Shown one piece after another: positions 8,658 through 18,297 of a stretch of DNA of 47,453 bases (its first letter is position 1; the number at the start of each line of letters is the position of its first letter). The position numbers and the translations under genes were made by a program. The notes under the pieces are model-generated. The model was not told the DNA's origin. It searched no databases and saw only the letters and a program-made list of their open reading frames with translations. Source of the DNA: a virus (Duplodnaviria > Heunggongvirae > Uroviricota > Caudoviricetes); IMG/VR virus record IMGVR_UViG_2778261248_000001; one strand, written 5' to 3'.

Positions 8658-9490
8658 ACAGTTTAACGGCAAATAACCGTTTGTCGCAACAGCTGGTGGT
8701 CAGTGTCGCTGAACACCTGTTGTTACGGCATGAATGCAGATTACCAAATCACCTGGCTGTAAGTAACCACAGAGAACTTTACCTGACTGTGGGGGGCGAG
8801 TTGTGCGGGAACTTAACCGCTGGTTTCGTGACGGAAGAGGGCTTTATGTCCATGTTATTCGTTGGGAACCAGAAACACAGCGCGTTATCTATCTTCGCAA
8901 AGACTACCCGCATGAGTGCTTTAGTCCTTTGTGGAAATTCAGGCGTGATTTTGTTGAGTGTGAAGGACCACCAGCACATTGATTCTGCCATTCCGGGACG
9001 TTACACTGTTCAGGCACCTTATAAAGCGGGTGACGGGATTGGCGTCCTGGAAATGTTATCGGCGATATATGACGCGCCAGCGTCTTTTTTATCGTCTGCG
9101 TCTGTGCACACCCAAATTATGGTGGGCTGGACGGGGGCACCGAAAGGTGCGCCGGTTTCCGATAACGCCGGTTACGCCAACCCCGTTCAGTTCACCACCA
9201 GCGAAATTGGCGTTTCCGGTGGTGAAGGTAATTCACTGTTATCGGAGGCTGCCATCATGGCTACTGTCCCAGCCCTCACTCGTCTGAATGATGAAGACTT
9301 ACATAAACTCAGTTATGTAACAACTGCACTACGTGCTCTGCGCAAGGTAACTCTTTCGGATCCGCAGGCGCATCAGGTTTTGGTAGAAACCCTTCTTAAC
9401 TTGCAGGCTGAACGTATTCGTCTGGCGGATAAGGCTAATTTTCATATTCACCGTCTCCTGAATATCAGCGGAGGGCATCGTCATGCTTAA
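8654..9490 (+). CDS. Hypothetical phage early protein
   Basis: 278-aa ORF, ATGA start/stop overlap with upstream gene; alternative-frame ORFs in the same span look like out-of-frame artefacts. Confidence 0.45.
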   Translation: MNSLTANNRLSQQLVVSVAEHLLLRHECRLPNHLAVSNHRELYLTVGGELCGNLTAGFVTEEGFMSMLFVGNQKHSALSIFAKTTRMSALVLCGNSGVILLSVKDHQHIDSAIPGRYTVQAPYKAGDGIGVLEMLSAIYDAPASFLSSASVHTQIMVGWTGAPKGAPVSDNAGYANPVQFTTSEIGVSGGEGNSLLSEAAIMATVPALTRLNDEDLHKLSYVTTALRALRKVTLSDPQAHQVLVETLLNLQAERIRLADKANFHIHRLLNISGGHRHA

Positions 9491-9719
9491 TCCGTTGATC
9501 CTCAATATTTGCCGTTTGCTTCAGCGTAAAAAAACATCAATTCCTACAGTTGGGCAGTGGTACACCACGCCTGCAGGGCATGTTCTACGTGTTAGCCTGG
9601 TTGACCGTGAATGTCAGAAGGTGATTTGTGAACCGCTGGGCCGTAATTACCGCATCAGTATGCCGCTTATAGCCTTTTGCTCCGGAAAAAACATGAAGCA
9701 TCTCGGAGGTGCAGCATGA
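9483..9719 (+). CDS. Small hypothetical protein (78 aa), translationally coupled
   Basis: Start overlaps the upstream stop and stop overlaps the next start (ATGA); otherwise unsupported. Confidence 0.3.
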   Translation: MLNPLILNICRLLQRKKTSIPTVGQWYTTPAGHVLRVSLVDRECQKVICEPLGRNYRISMPLIAFCSGKNMKHLGGAA

Positions 9720-10546
9720 GTATGGAGCTGATGGTTAAAGCGATGAAAATTCGAGTGGGTAATCCATTGCGAAAACTGGTTCTGATCAAGCTGGCTGATA
9801 ATGCCAGCGATCAGGGTGAGTGCTGGCCCAGCTACCAGCATATTGCTGACCAGTGCGAGATTAGCAAACGTTCTGTGATGAATCATATTGCGGCCCTTTG
9901 TGATTCCGGGCTGGTAAAAAAAGTCACCCGGAAAGGTGAAAAAGGTAACTCAAGTAATATCTATCTCCTTCATCTTGATGGTGCAGGAGATTCACTAGGG
10001 GGTAGTGCAAATAATTCACTATCTGGTGCAGCAAATTCACCAGGTAGTGCAGGAGTTGCACCAGGGGGTGGTGCAGGAGATTCACCCAGAACCAGTCACT
10101 CTTTTGAACCAGTCAAAGAACCAGTCAAAGAACCAGTCAATGAACCAATAGCTGTTGGTGCATCTGCTGATGAGTCTGTGCGAGTTCGTTCAAACCGACC
10201 GGAATACTCTCCGGAGTTTGAGCAGGCATGGCTGGCATACCCCAAACGTGCTGGTGGCAATTCAAAATCTGCAGCCTTCAAAGCCTGGAAAGCCCGTTTG
10301 AATGAGGGGGTAAAACCCGAAACCATGCTGGAAGGTGTGAAACGCTACGCGGGCTGGGTATCTGCGATGGGTAACAGCGGCACACAATTTGTGAAACAGG
10401 CTGTCACGTTCTTTGGTCCGGATCGTCATTTCGAAGAATCCTGGGAAGTTCCTGCGGTATCTGCAGCCAGACGCGAGGACCCGTACTTCAAAGCCAGTTA
10501 CGACAACGTGGACTACAGCCAGATCCCGGCAGGATTCAGGGGGTAA
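9716..10546 (+). CDS. Replication initiation protein (N-terminal HTH domain, low-complexity linker, C-terminal domain; lambda O-like organisation)
   Basis: ATG 9716 after GGAGGTG; N-terminal LVLIKLADNASDQGECWPSYQHIADQCEISKRSVMNHI HTH-like region; Gly/Ser/Ala/Pro linker encoded by repetitive DNA. Confidence 0.6.
   Translation: MSMELMVKAMKIRVGNPLRKLVLIKLADNASDQGECWPSYQHIADQCEISKRSVMNHIAALCDSGLVKKVTRKGEKGNSSNIYLLHLDGAGDSLGGSANNSLSGAANSPGSAGVAPGGGAGDSPRTSHSFEPVKEPVKEPVNEPIAVGASADESVRVRSNRPEYSPEFEQAWLAYPKRAGGNSKSAAFKAWKARLNEGVKPETMLEGVKRYAGWVSAMGNSGTQFVKQAVTFFGPDRHFEESWEVPAVSAARREDPYFKASYDNVDYSQIPAGFRG
9975..10145. repeat. Iteron-like direct repeats inside the replication gene (candidate origin)
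   Basis: About five 21-24-bp units each ending in (A/T)TTCAC or TGCAC (GGTGCAGGAGATTCAC occurs twice), followed by three tandem GAACCAGTCAAA 12-mers. Confidence 0.4.
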
Positions 10547-10548
10547 TC

Positions 10549-11037
10549 ATGAGTCTTTTGAATGAAGTTCAGAAATTCATTGAAGCCCATCCGGGGTGTA
10601 CTTCCGGAGACATTGCAGATGCTTTTGCAGGTTACTCACGGCAGCGCGTTCTGCAGTCAGCAAGCAAGTTACGTCAGAGTGGGCGTGTGGCTCACCGTTG
10701 TGAAGGAGATACACGCAGACATTTCCCGCGCCTGACTGAGAGAGCGCAGGAGCCGGAACCACAACCAGTTCGTGAAACCAGACCTGTGCGCAATTTCTAT
10801 GTCGGCACTAACGATCCCCGGGTAATTTTGTGCCTGACCCGCCAGGCTGAAGAACTGGAGTCCAGGGGCTTATACCGTCGTGCTGCAACCGTGTGGATGG
10901 CGGCATTCCGTGAAAGCCACTCCCAGTCAGAACGAAACAATTTTCTGGCGCGCCGTGAGCGGTGCTTACGGAAAAGCAGCAAGCGCGCTGTATCGGGTGA
11001 TGAGTGGTATCTGTCAGGGAATTACGTGGGGGCTTAA
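10549..11037 (+). CDS. Hypothetical phage protein (162 aa)
   Basis: ORF tightly packed in operon; stop overlaps the next start (TAATG). Confidence 0.45.
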   Translation: MSLLNEVQKFIEAHPGCTSGDIADAFAGYSRQRVLQSASKLRQSGRVAHRCEGDTRRHFPRLTERAQEPEPQPVRETRPVRNFYVGTNDPRVILCLTRQAEELESRGLYRRAATVWMAAFRESHSQSERNNFLARRERCLRKSSKRAVSGDEWYLSGNYVGA

Positions 11038-11690
11038 TGAGTAATAAATATTGCCAGGCGCTGGTGGAACTGCGGAACAAACCAGCCCATGAACTGAAGG
11101 AAGTGGGCGATCAGTGGCGCACGCCGGACAACATTTTCTGGGGAATTAACACCCTGTTTGGCCCGTTTGTTCTGGATCTGTTCACCGACGGTGATAACGC
11201 CAAATGTGCCGCGTATTACACGGCGGAAGACAATGCGCTGGCGCATGACTGGTCAGAACGTCTTGCGGAGCTTAAAGGTGCTGCCTTTGGTAATCCCCCA
11301 TACAGCCGCGCCAGTCAGCATGAGGGGCAATACATCACCGGCATGCGTTACATCATGAAGCATGCCAGTGCCATGCGTGATAAGGGCGGGCGCTATGTTT
11401 TCCTGATCAAAGCTGCCACCAGCGAAGTGTGGTGGCCGGAAGATGCGGACCATATTGCTTTTATTCGCGGGCGTATTGGTTTTGAAGTGCCTGCCTGGTT
11501 TATCCCGAAAGACGAGAAGCAGGTGCCGACAGGCGCTTTCTTCGCTGGTGCTATTGCTGTTTTCGATAAGACCTGGAAGGGACCGGCAATCAGCTACATC
11601 GGGCGCGATGAACTTGAGGCATGTGGTGAGGCGTTTCTGGCGCAGGTTCGCCAGCAGGCAGAACGGCTGGTCAGGGAGATAGTGGCATGA
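11037..11690 (+). CDS. Phage-type DNA N6-adenine methyltransferase
   Basis: ATG 11037 after GGGGGC; catalytic NPPY motif (FGNPPYSRAS) typical of N6-adenine methyltransferases. Confidence 0.7.
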   Translation: MSNKYCQALVELRNKPAHELKEVGDQWRTPDNIFWGINTLFGPFVLDLFTDGDNAKCAAYYTAEDNALAHDWSERLAELKGAAFGNPPYSRASQHEGQYITGMRYIMKHASAMRDKGGRYVFLIKAATSEVWWPEDADHIAFIRGRIGFEVPAWFIPKDEKQVPTGAFFAGAIAVFDKTWKGPAISYIGRDELEACGEAFLAQVRQQAERLVREIVA

Positions 11691-12076
11691 AGCTGATCCT
11701 GCCTTTTCCGCCCAGCGTGAACACGTACTGGCGACACCCCAACAAAGGGGCGTTTGCAGGTAAGAGCCTGATAAGCGCGGCGGGGCGCAAATTCCAGAGC
11801 GCGGCGTGTGCAGCAATAGTTGAGCAGTTACGTCGTCTGCCGAAACCAACGTCGGCACCTGCTTCAGTGGAGATCGTGTTGTTTCCTCCGGATAACCGGA
11901 TCCGCGATCTGGACAACTATAACAAGGCGCTGTTTGACGCCCTGACCCACGCGGGTGTGTGGGAAGACGACAGTCAGGTGAAAAGAATGCTGGTGGAGTG
12001 GGGACCGGTTATCCCGGAAGGGAAGGTCGAGATCACTATCAGTAAGTACGAGAAAACGGCGGGTGCAGCCGCCTGA
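11687..12076 (+). CDS. rusA: RusA-family Holliday junction resolvase
   Basis: 129 aa; ILPFPPSVNTYWRH ... RDLDNYNKALFDALTHAGVWEDDSQV matches RusA family signature. Confidence 0.8.
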   Translation: MKLILPFPPSVNTYWRHPNKGAFAGKSLISAAGRKFQSAACAAIVEQLRRLPKPTSAPASVEIVLFPPDNRIRDLDNYNKALFDALTHAGVWEDDSQVKRMLVEWGPVIPEGKVEITISKYEKTAGAAA

Positions 12077-12095
12077 TCAAGAGGAGAAACGAAGT

Positions 12096-12938
12096 ATGAA
12101 TAATCTGATGGTCATTGATGGTATTGAAGTTCGTCGTGATGCTTATGGGCGTTACAGCCTGAACGATCTGCATCGGGCTGCTGTTGCATCTGGTGCAAAT
12201 GCCAGAACTAAGGAGCCGGGAAAGTTTCTTTCCAGCCAACAGATTACTGAGCTGGTTCAGGAATTGATCGATACCCAAAATTTGGGTGTCGGTTCATTCA
12301 ATGAAACTACCCAAAATTTGGGTAGTAAACCAGTAAGTAAAATAGAAGGGCGGAATGGAGGAACGTATGTCTGCAAGGAACTGGTGTATGCCTATGCAAT
12401 GTGGATCAGCCCGTCATTCCATCTGAAGGTGATCCGTACTTTCGATATGGTAACCAGCACACCGGAAAAATTATCCGGGCAGGCTGCTGACAAGATGCAG
12501 GCTGGCGTGATCCTGCTGGACTTTATGCGCCGGGAATTAAACCTGTCTAACTCATCAGTGCTTGGAGCCTGTCAGAAGCTTCAGGAGGCTGTTGGCTTAC
12601 CGAATCTGGCACCGCGCTATGCCATTGATGCTCCTGCTGACGCGCCTGATGGCTCAAGTCGCCCCACGCTGTCGCTGAGTGCACTGCTGAAACAGTATGG
12701 TATCCGCCTGACGGCTAATCAGGCATATCACCAGATGGTGAAGCTGGGGATCGTTGAACAACGCGAACGATACAGCCGTACCGCGATTAACAACATCAAA
12801 AAATTCTGGTCGCTGACGGCGAAAGGCTGCATGTTCGGCAAGAACATCACCAGTCCTGCAAATCCGCGCGAGACGCAGCCGCATTTCTTCGAATCCCGAT
12901 TCCCTGAGCTGTTAAAGCTGCTCGATACCGTTCATTGA
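12096..12938 (+). CDS. KilA-N domain protein (antirepressor-like)
   Basis: ATG 12096 with GAGGAG upstream; N-terminal NLMVIDGIEVRRDAYGRYSLNDLHRAA ... KVIRTF resembles the KilA-N DNA-binding domain. Confidence 0.65.
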   Translation: MNNLMVIDGIEVRRDAYGRYSLNDLHRAAVASGANARTKEPGKFLSSQQITELVQELIDTQNLGVGSFNETTQNLGSKPVSKIEGRNGGTYVCKELVYAYAMWISPSFHLKVIRTFDMVTSTPEKLSGQAADKMQAGVILLDFMRRELNLSNSSVLGACQKLQEAVGLPNLAPRYAIDAPADAPDGSSRPTLSLSALLKQYGIRLTANQAYHQMVKLGIVEQRERYSRTAINNIKKFWSLTAKGCMFGKNITSPANPRETQPHFFESRFPELLKLLDTVH

Positions 12939-12939
12939 G

Positions 12940-13935
12940 GTGACCGTGAGAGCACTACTGACCCCTGAAATTGCCCCGCGTATGGGGATCGTATTGTTCA
13001 GGCCAGGTTCAGAGCTGATGCCCCTGTTTATGCAGGGGCGTGTCCTGCTGGAGCCTGAGCCGGAACGTTATTCATCTTTCGCCAGTGGTGCCGTTCCGGC
13101 GGCATCACAACCGCTGGCGGATGATCCTGCCGTTCGGGCCGTGTTCCGCAATGAGGCAGTGATCCGTCGTGCTGGTGGCGTGGAATGTCTTGAAAGCTGG
13201 TTACTTCGTGAAAAGGGCTGTCAGTGGCCTCATTCCGACTGGCACAGCGAGAACATGACCACAATGCGACACGCGCCGGGCGCAATCCGTCTGTGTTGGC
13301 ACTGCGATAACCAGTTGCGTGATCAGTTCACGGAACGGCTGGAATCAATGGCAACGGATAACTGTGCCCACTGGGTGTTATCTGTCGTGCGTCGGGATCT
13401 CGGTTTTGATGACAGTCACGTAGTGACAATGCCGGAACTGTGCTGGTGGCTGGTTCGTAATGACCTGGCGGATGCCTTACCGGAAAGTGCAGCCCGTAAG
13501 GCACTGAGATTACCGAAGCCTGTTGTGCCGTCTGTCACCCGGGAAAGTGACCTTGTGCCTTCGGTTCCTGCCACCAGCATCATCCAGGATAAAGCGAAAA
13601 AGGTGCTGGCGCTGAAAGTGGATCCGGAGTCGCCGGAGTCTTTTATGTTACGCCCAAAACGTCGCCGCTGGGTTAATGAAAAGTACACGCGCTGGGTTAA
13701 GACACAGCCGTGTGCATGTTGTGGAAAGCCCGCTGATGATCCCCACCACCTGATAGGCCACGGTCAGGGTGGAATGGGTACAAAAGCGCATGACCTTTTT
13801 GTGTTGCCTTTGTGCAGAAAGCATCACGACGAGCTGCATGCGAATACCGTGGCATTTGAAGAGAATTATGGCTCCCAGCTGGAGCTGATATTTCGTTTTA
13901 TCGATCGTGCGCTGGCAATAGGCGTACTGGCGTAA
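12940..13935 (+). CDS. Phage protein with C-terminal Cys/His cluster (DUF968-like, putative zinc-binding nuclease)
   Basis: 331 aa; C-terminal CACCGKPADDPHHLIGHGQG ... CRKHHDELH motif. Confidence 0.5.
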   Translation: MTVRALLTPEIAPRMGIVLFRPGSELMPLFMQGRVLLEPEPERYSSFASGAVPAASQPLADDPAVRAVFRNEAVIRRAGGVECLESWLLREKGCQWPHSDWHSENMTTMRHAPGAIRLCWHCDNQLRDQFTERLESMATDNCAHWVLSVVRRDLGFDDSHVVTMPELCWWLVRNDLADALPESAARKALRLPKPVVPSVTRESDLVPSVPATSIIQDKAKKVLALKVDPESPESFMLRPKRRRWVNEKYTRWVKTQPCACCGKPADDPHHLIGHGQGGMGTKAHDLFVLPLCRKHHDELHANTVAFEENYGSQLELIFRFIDRALAIGVLA

Positions 13936-13948
13936 GTGGAGAACGAGC

Positions 13949-14701
13949 ATGAACCTTGAAGCTTTACCAAAATATTACTCCCCAAAATCGCCAAAATTGA
14001 GTGATGACGCACCGGCGACAGGCTCGGGTGGTTTAACAATAACAGATGTGATGGCTGCGCAGGGGATGGTGCAGTCGAAAGCTCCGCTTGGTTTTGCCTT
14101 ATTCCTGGCAAAAGTTGGTGTTCAGGATCCTCAGTTTGCGATTGAAGGTCTGCTCAATTACGCGATGGCAATGGATAATCCGACATTGAACAAATTGAGT
14201 GAAGAAATCCGGTTACAGATCATCCCTTACCTTGTGAATTTTGCCTTTGCTGATTATTCCAGGTCTGCGGCAAGTAAGGCTCGCTGTGAGTATTGTGCTG
14301 GTACTGGATTTCATAATGTATTGCGCGAAGTGGTGAAACACTCCAGAAGTGGGGAATCTGTTATCAAGGAAGAGTGGGTGAAGGAACTATGTCAGCATTG
14401 CCATGGTAAGGGAGAAGTCAGCACAGCGTGCAGAGGGTGTAAGGGGAAAGGTATTGTCCTGGATGAAAAAAGAACCCGGCTTCATAGCACGCCTGTTTAT
14501 AAGGTTTGTGGGCGTTGCAATGGAAACCGGTTTAGTCGTTTACCAACGACACTGGCGCGGTGTCATGTCCAGAAGCTGGTACCAGACCTGACGGATTATC
14601 AGTGGTACAAAGGATATGCAGATGTCATTGATAAACTGGTTACAAAGTGCTGGCAGGAAGAAGCATATGCTGAGGTGCAATTAAGAAAAGTGACGAGATA
14701 A
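13949..14701 (+). CDS. Late-gene antiterminator Q-like protein
   Basis: 250 aa, last gene of the rightward operon, immediately upstream of the late/lysis region; Cys-rich zinc-finger-like region (CQHCHGKG...CRGCKGKG...CGRCNG). Confidence 0.65.
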   Translation: MNLEALPKYYSPKSPKLSDDAPATGSGGLTITDVMAAQGMVQSKAPLGFALFLAKVGVQDPQFAIEGLLNYAMAMDNPTLNKLSEEIRLQIIPYLVNFAFADYSRSAASKARCEYCAGTGFHNVLREVVKHSRSGESVIKEEWVKELCQHCHGKGEVSTACRGCKGKGIVLDEKRTRLHSTPVYKVCGRCNGNRFSRLPTTLARCHVQKLVPDLTDYQWYKGYADVIDKLVTKCWQEEAYAEVQLRKVTR

Positions 14702-15462
14702 ATGATTTTCACCGAACGATGGCGACATAACGATTGTATTTTCTAAGGAAACGTGCAAAGAGTTTTCCAATGATGAGCCTTATATGCATACCGGTGGAAA
14801 ATATCAATAAGCCGCGCAGAGTGGTTTTTTTGTGGACATAAACTTTGTGCAGAACGGTAACCATTATGGTTGCCGTGAATGCAGTTTTTTTACATTGCTG
14901 GCTTTTTTAGATTTGTGTTAGTTATTGATATTAACAAGAAGGGGAAAAGACATGCTAAAACGGCAGGATATGAAGGAAACGGTTATGCGTGAATGTTCCA
15001 GTGTGATTAACCATATCATCTGGAGAAGCCATCCTGATGCAGGGAAGAGGTAACAGTAACGCGCATCAATCAGGCTGCAAATAAATGGCTTACGCCGGAA
15101 ATCTGGCTATCGATGTATTACCGGTTTGTTACCCATGAAGAAAATTAAGGTGATAACGAAACTGATTTTATAGGTGTCTTGTCAGAGTGTTGCGATGAAA
15201 CTTGTGTTGGCAGTGCAGGGAAAACAGTAGGATGAAAATTATAAATTGCTTTAAATTAGCTTGATTTTCCTCATGTTATGAGATATTTGTCTTATATTGC
15301 TGGTTAATTATGAAAATTTTTGTAAATCTACAGCAATAAAATCCATATTAATTAAAGCACTAGATGCGTTTCTGATTTGTGCATGAAACATACATATCAT
15401 AATGATTAATTGCATCTATAATTACAGATACAGCATTGTGCTGTTAAAAAACTGGAGTCCCC

Positions 15463-15570
15463 ATGAATACATTATATGTAAGTGATTCAAATGAAAAATC
15501 TCATGACAGGAATAAAAACAATGAGGATAGTAAGGGTAAGGATAATAAAAAAGACAACCGGAAAGAGTAA
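15463..15570 (+). CDS. Small hydrophilic peptide ORF (35 aa), hypothetical
   Basis: ATG with GGAG 6 nt upstream; MNTLYVSDSNEKSHDRNKNNEDSKGKDNKKDNRKE; below ORF-track size cutoff. Confidence 0.25.
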   Translation: MNTLYVSDSNEKSHDRNKNNEDSKGKDNKKDNRKE

Positions 15571-15605
15571 ATAATCTTTCCTGCATAAAAATACTAGGGT
15601 GGAAT

Positions 15606-15725
15606 ATGTCAGAACATCCAGATTTTGATGACCGTAAGCCTGATGATGAGCCCGTTGAGCGTCCTGATGAGGGGCAACCATTGAACCCTTTTTCACCGGA
15701 TGATAAAAGAGATCCTATTATTTAG
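15606..15725 (+). CDS. Small acidic peptide ORF (39 aa), hypothetical
   Basis: ATG preceded by AGGGTGG; MSEHPDFDDRKPDDEPVERPDEGQPLNPFSPDDKRDPII; followed by a terminator at 15780-15804. Confidence 0.25.
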   Translation: MSEHPDFDDRKPDDEPVERPDEGQPLNPFSPDDKRDPII

Positions 15726-15779
15726 ATATAGCAGAATATAGCCGTTTAAAGTAGGTTGTGTTTTGTTGCTATCCTTAAA

Positions 15780-15804
15780 CCACCTCCACAGGAGGTGGTT
15801 TTTT
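15780..15804 (+). terminator. Rho-independent terminator
   Basis: CCACCTCC-ACA-GGAGGTGG stem-loop followed by TTTTTT. Confidence 0.55.
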
Positions 15805-15861
15805 ACTAATGGAACATTAATTGGCAGATGTGATTGTGTACGACTTATGGGAGGCTTAAGA

Positions 15862-16047
15862 TTATTTTCTGCCAATAATAAAACCAAGCGTTAACCCTAT
15901 GCTTAGAGCAACCACCACGCTAGTCAGTGGATAATTTCTAAATTTATCTTTAACGTTTTCTTTGCCTCCCTGCAAAGCATCGTCAGCACATGATGCATAT
16001 TTTTTGACAGTATTAACTATTTCGTTTTCAGATTGATTTGAAGTCAT
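15862..16047 (-). CDS. Small tail-anchored membrane protein (ElaB/YqjD DUF883-like C-terminus)
   Basis: 61 aa from ATG 16047 (AGGA upstream); C-terminal ...RNYPLTSVVVALSIGLTLGFIIGRK hydrophobic anchor. Confidence 0.4.
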   Translation of the reverse strand: MTSNQSENEIVNTVKKYASCADDALQGGKENVKDKFRNYPLTSVVVALSIGLTLGFIIGRK

Positions 16048-16500
16048 GTTTGAAGTCCTGATGTTAAGTGGCTTTTTAATTATAGCAGATATGCTTTCAA
16101 TGATAGGGCGGAGAGTTGTTATTGAGGTGATACTATGACCACTCAATCAACATTACATAAAATGACGTTTACTCCTGTTTGGCACAGTAGCAGAATTTTG
16201 CTTCTGCTACTGAAGTCGCTTTAGCACTAGAATATGCAGATGGATAAAGCAGTTCAGCGTATGTACTGCGTCATGCATATCGGTCTTGCAGATATGACGA
16301 GAAGGGGAGACAAGGTGTGTGTAATGTAGAAGTCTTTAAAGTGCTGTCTGGGATAACTCTATACTGAAGTGCAATTGATAAAAGTAACACGATAAAGGTT
16401 TTTCAATGAAGATGGTAACGTGATGCTTGCATTTTTCAAAAAATATGGATAAAATTTTTTCAACGATGGGCTTTGTATACCCGACGTTAAGAAAAAGTAG

Positions 16501-16524
16501 AAAACCCGCTGATGAGCGGGTTTT
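16501..16524. terminator. Bidirectional rho-independent terminator
   Basis: AAAACCCGC-TGATGA-GCGGGTTTT; T-rich tracts follow on both strands. Confidence 0.5.
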
Positions 16525-16816
16525 GTGCTTTAAATGGGGCAATGGTAATGTTGAATCTCATCCCGGGACTCATGTCTGTTAACTTATTATTTAGCTGGTG
16601 ACTTGGTTATTTGCCTGATGTTTAAAATGTTTTCTTCCAGTACAATGTCCCTAAACACAATGAGTCTGCTTATTATATTATTAGCAGAGCTATTACGGCC
16701 AAAGTACAGCATAAGCTTTTAAAGCCAGTCAACCAGTCATCAAGACAGACGGGGTTATTCATAAAAACTCTCCATGTGTGATCCGATGGGGCCTGAAATT
16801 AAAGCTTTAATATAGC

Positions 16817-17029
16817 TCATGAAAGGTAAACATTGGCAGCTGAAGGGCCACGCAGAGCATTTATCCGGCAAAATTCCACGCGTAATCCGGTGGTAATTTC
16901 TTCTGCATCGCGGAGATTGAGCGCTGAAACATGAAGCTGGACATCGATACGACCATCGGATGGGGTGATAAGACCCTTGCCGCTTTTGCCGTCAAAGGTT
17001 TTGACAATTCCTGTCATTTTACGGGACAA
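16817..17029 (-). CDS. cspF: Cold-shock protein family member (CspF/CspH-like)
   Basis: 70 aa, [27 protein letters not shown] ... cold-shock domain; matches the Qin-prophage CspF pattern as I recall. Confidence 0.8.
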   Translation of the reverse strand: MSRKMTGIVKTFDGKSGKGLITPSDGRIDVQLHVSALNLRDAEEITTGLRVEFCRINALRGPSAANVYLS

Positions 17030-17329
17030 AAAAATTCCTTAATACTGATAACTTGGCGCACTATACACACGTTCCTGAAGAAAGCTATAGTTTTTTGATG
17101 GGGTTGAAGATGGCTGGATGTCTAAAATAAACATTGCTTCATATGTTCAACTATGCGTTAATGATTGCGTCGGTTTGAAGAACAGACGATATACGAAGTA
17201 GTTTACTAAAGCAGTTCTCATTTCAGGTGTTATTCACTTATTCCTTCTTTGAGTCTCTCCAATTAAGTACGAAGTCGTTTCTGTTATACAAGCCATTTAT
17301 GCCGAAAGGCTCAAGTTAAGGAATGTAGA

Positions 17330-17545
17330 ATGTCAAATAAAATGACTGGTTTAGTAAAATGGTTTAACGCTGATAAAGGTTTTGGCTTTATTTCTCCTGT
17401 TGATGGTAGTAAAGATGTGTTTGTGCATTTTTCTGCGATTCAGAATGATAATTTTCGAACCTTATTTGAAGGTCAAAAGGTTACCTTCTCTGTAGAGAGT
17501 GGTGCTAAAGGTCCTGCAGCAGCAAATGTCATAATTACTGATTAA
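17330..17545 (+). CDS. cspB: Cold-shock protein CspB-like
   Basis: 71 aa, [38 protein letters not shown] (RNP1/RNP2 motifs); long AT-rich 5' leader. Confidence 0.85.
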   Translation: MSNKMTGLVKWFNADKGFGFISPVDGSKDVFVHFSAIQNDNFRTLFEGQKVTFSVESGAKGPAAANVIITD

Positions 17546-17826
17546 AATTAATAGTTTGTCTGTATACGATAACGAAGAAGGCTGATGCCTGAGTGGAGAT
17601 ACAGACAGAGTGGTGAATATTGGATCTCTTTAATAAATAGTAAGGAGATCCAATACATGAAACAATGGCCAGCATATTTGGCAATAACTTAATCAGGAAA
17701 AGTATGCTAACCATTGTGGTGAAGTGCAGGTTTGCTGCATGAATAGTTTTACAGCAGAAGCTAACTGCTAGCATAGCAAAACAAAGTGCGTAAGTGGATG
17801 ACTCCCACAAAAAGCACCACAATATT

Positions 17827-17850
17827 AAACCCGCTCAGGCGGGTTTTTTA
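17827..17850 (+). terminator. Rho-independent terminator
   Basis: AAACCCGC-TCAG-GCGGGTTT followed by TTTTA, about 280 nt downstream of cspB-like gene. Confidence 0.6.
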
Positions 17851-17908
17851 TTATCTGCTTTAAATATGTTATTAAAATATAAAAAATACTTGTTACGAAT
17901 AAAATCAA

Positions 17909-18079
17909 TCAAGCTACAGCTTTAAGATTTGTCTGGAATACTTTGTTGCAATGAGGGCAGATCAAAAGAGCACCTTTTTGTACTCTTGAAAAACTGTGTT
18001 CTGACTCTTGGGTGCAGTTTGGGCAGGAACATTTAACGAGATAATTACGGCGTGATTTTGAGTCTTTACGTTCTGACAT
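17909..18079 (-). CDS. Small zinc-ribbon protein (CxCxxC ... CxxC), hypothetical
   Basis: 56 aa from ATG 18079 (AGGAAA upstream); CSCPNC ... CPHC cysteine pairs. Confidence 0.4.
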   Translation of the reverse strand: MSERKDSKSRRNYLVKCSCPNCTQESEHSFSRVQKGALLICPHCNKVFQTNLKAVA

Positions 18080-18297
18080 AGGCTTTTCCTGTATAAATGG
18101 CCGTATACAGTACACTAAATGTGAAAACATATCTCGTATTATTATTTAATATATGATTTTCTTTTAAAATAATTACCCACATTTTTAATGTGTCTGTTTT
18201 TTAGCGCCGTTGAGAACAACGTTTGCTATAAAAACTAACCCATAGACTCCGATCTTTTCAAACATATTGCACCATCTGTGTACATCGGGGTGAGGAT

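Noticed and set aside
8979-9287. 102-aa alternative-frame ORF inside the 8654-9490 gene
   Set aside because: Arg-rich out-of-frame translation; the longer frame is operon-coupled.
14702-16816. Shiga-toxin or tRNA cargo between Q and the lysis genes
   Set aside because: No ORF resembling stxA/stxB and no tRNA-like T-arm/acceptor pattern seen; only small ORFs and terminators.
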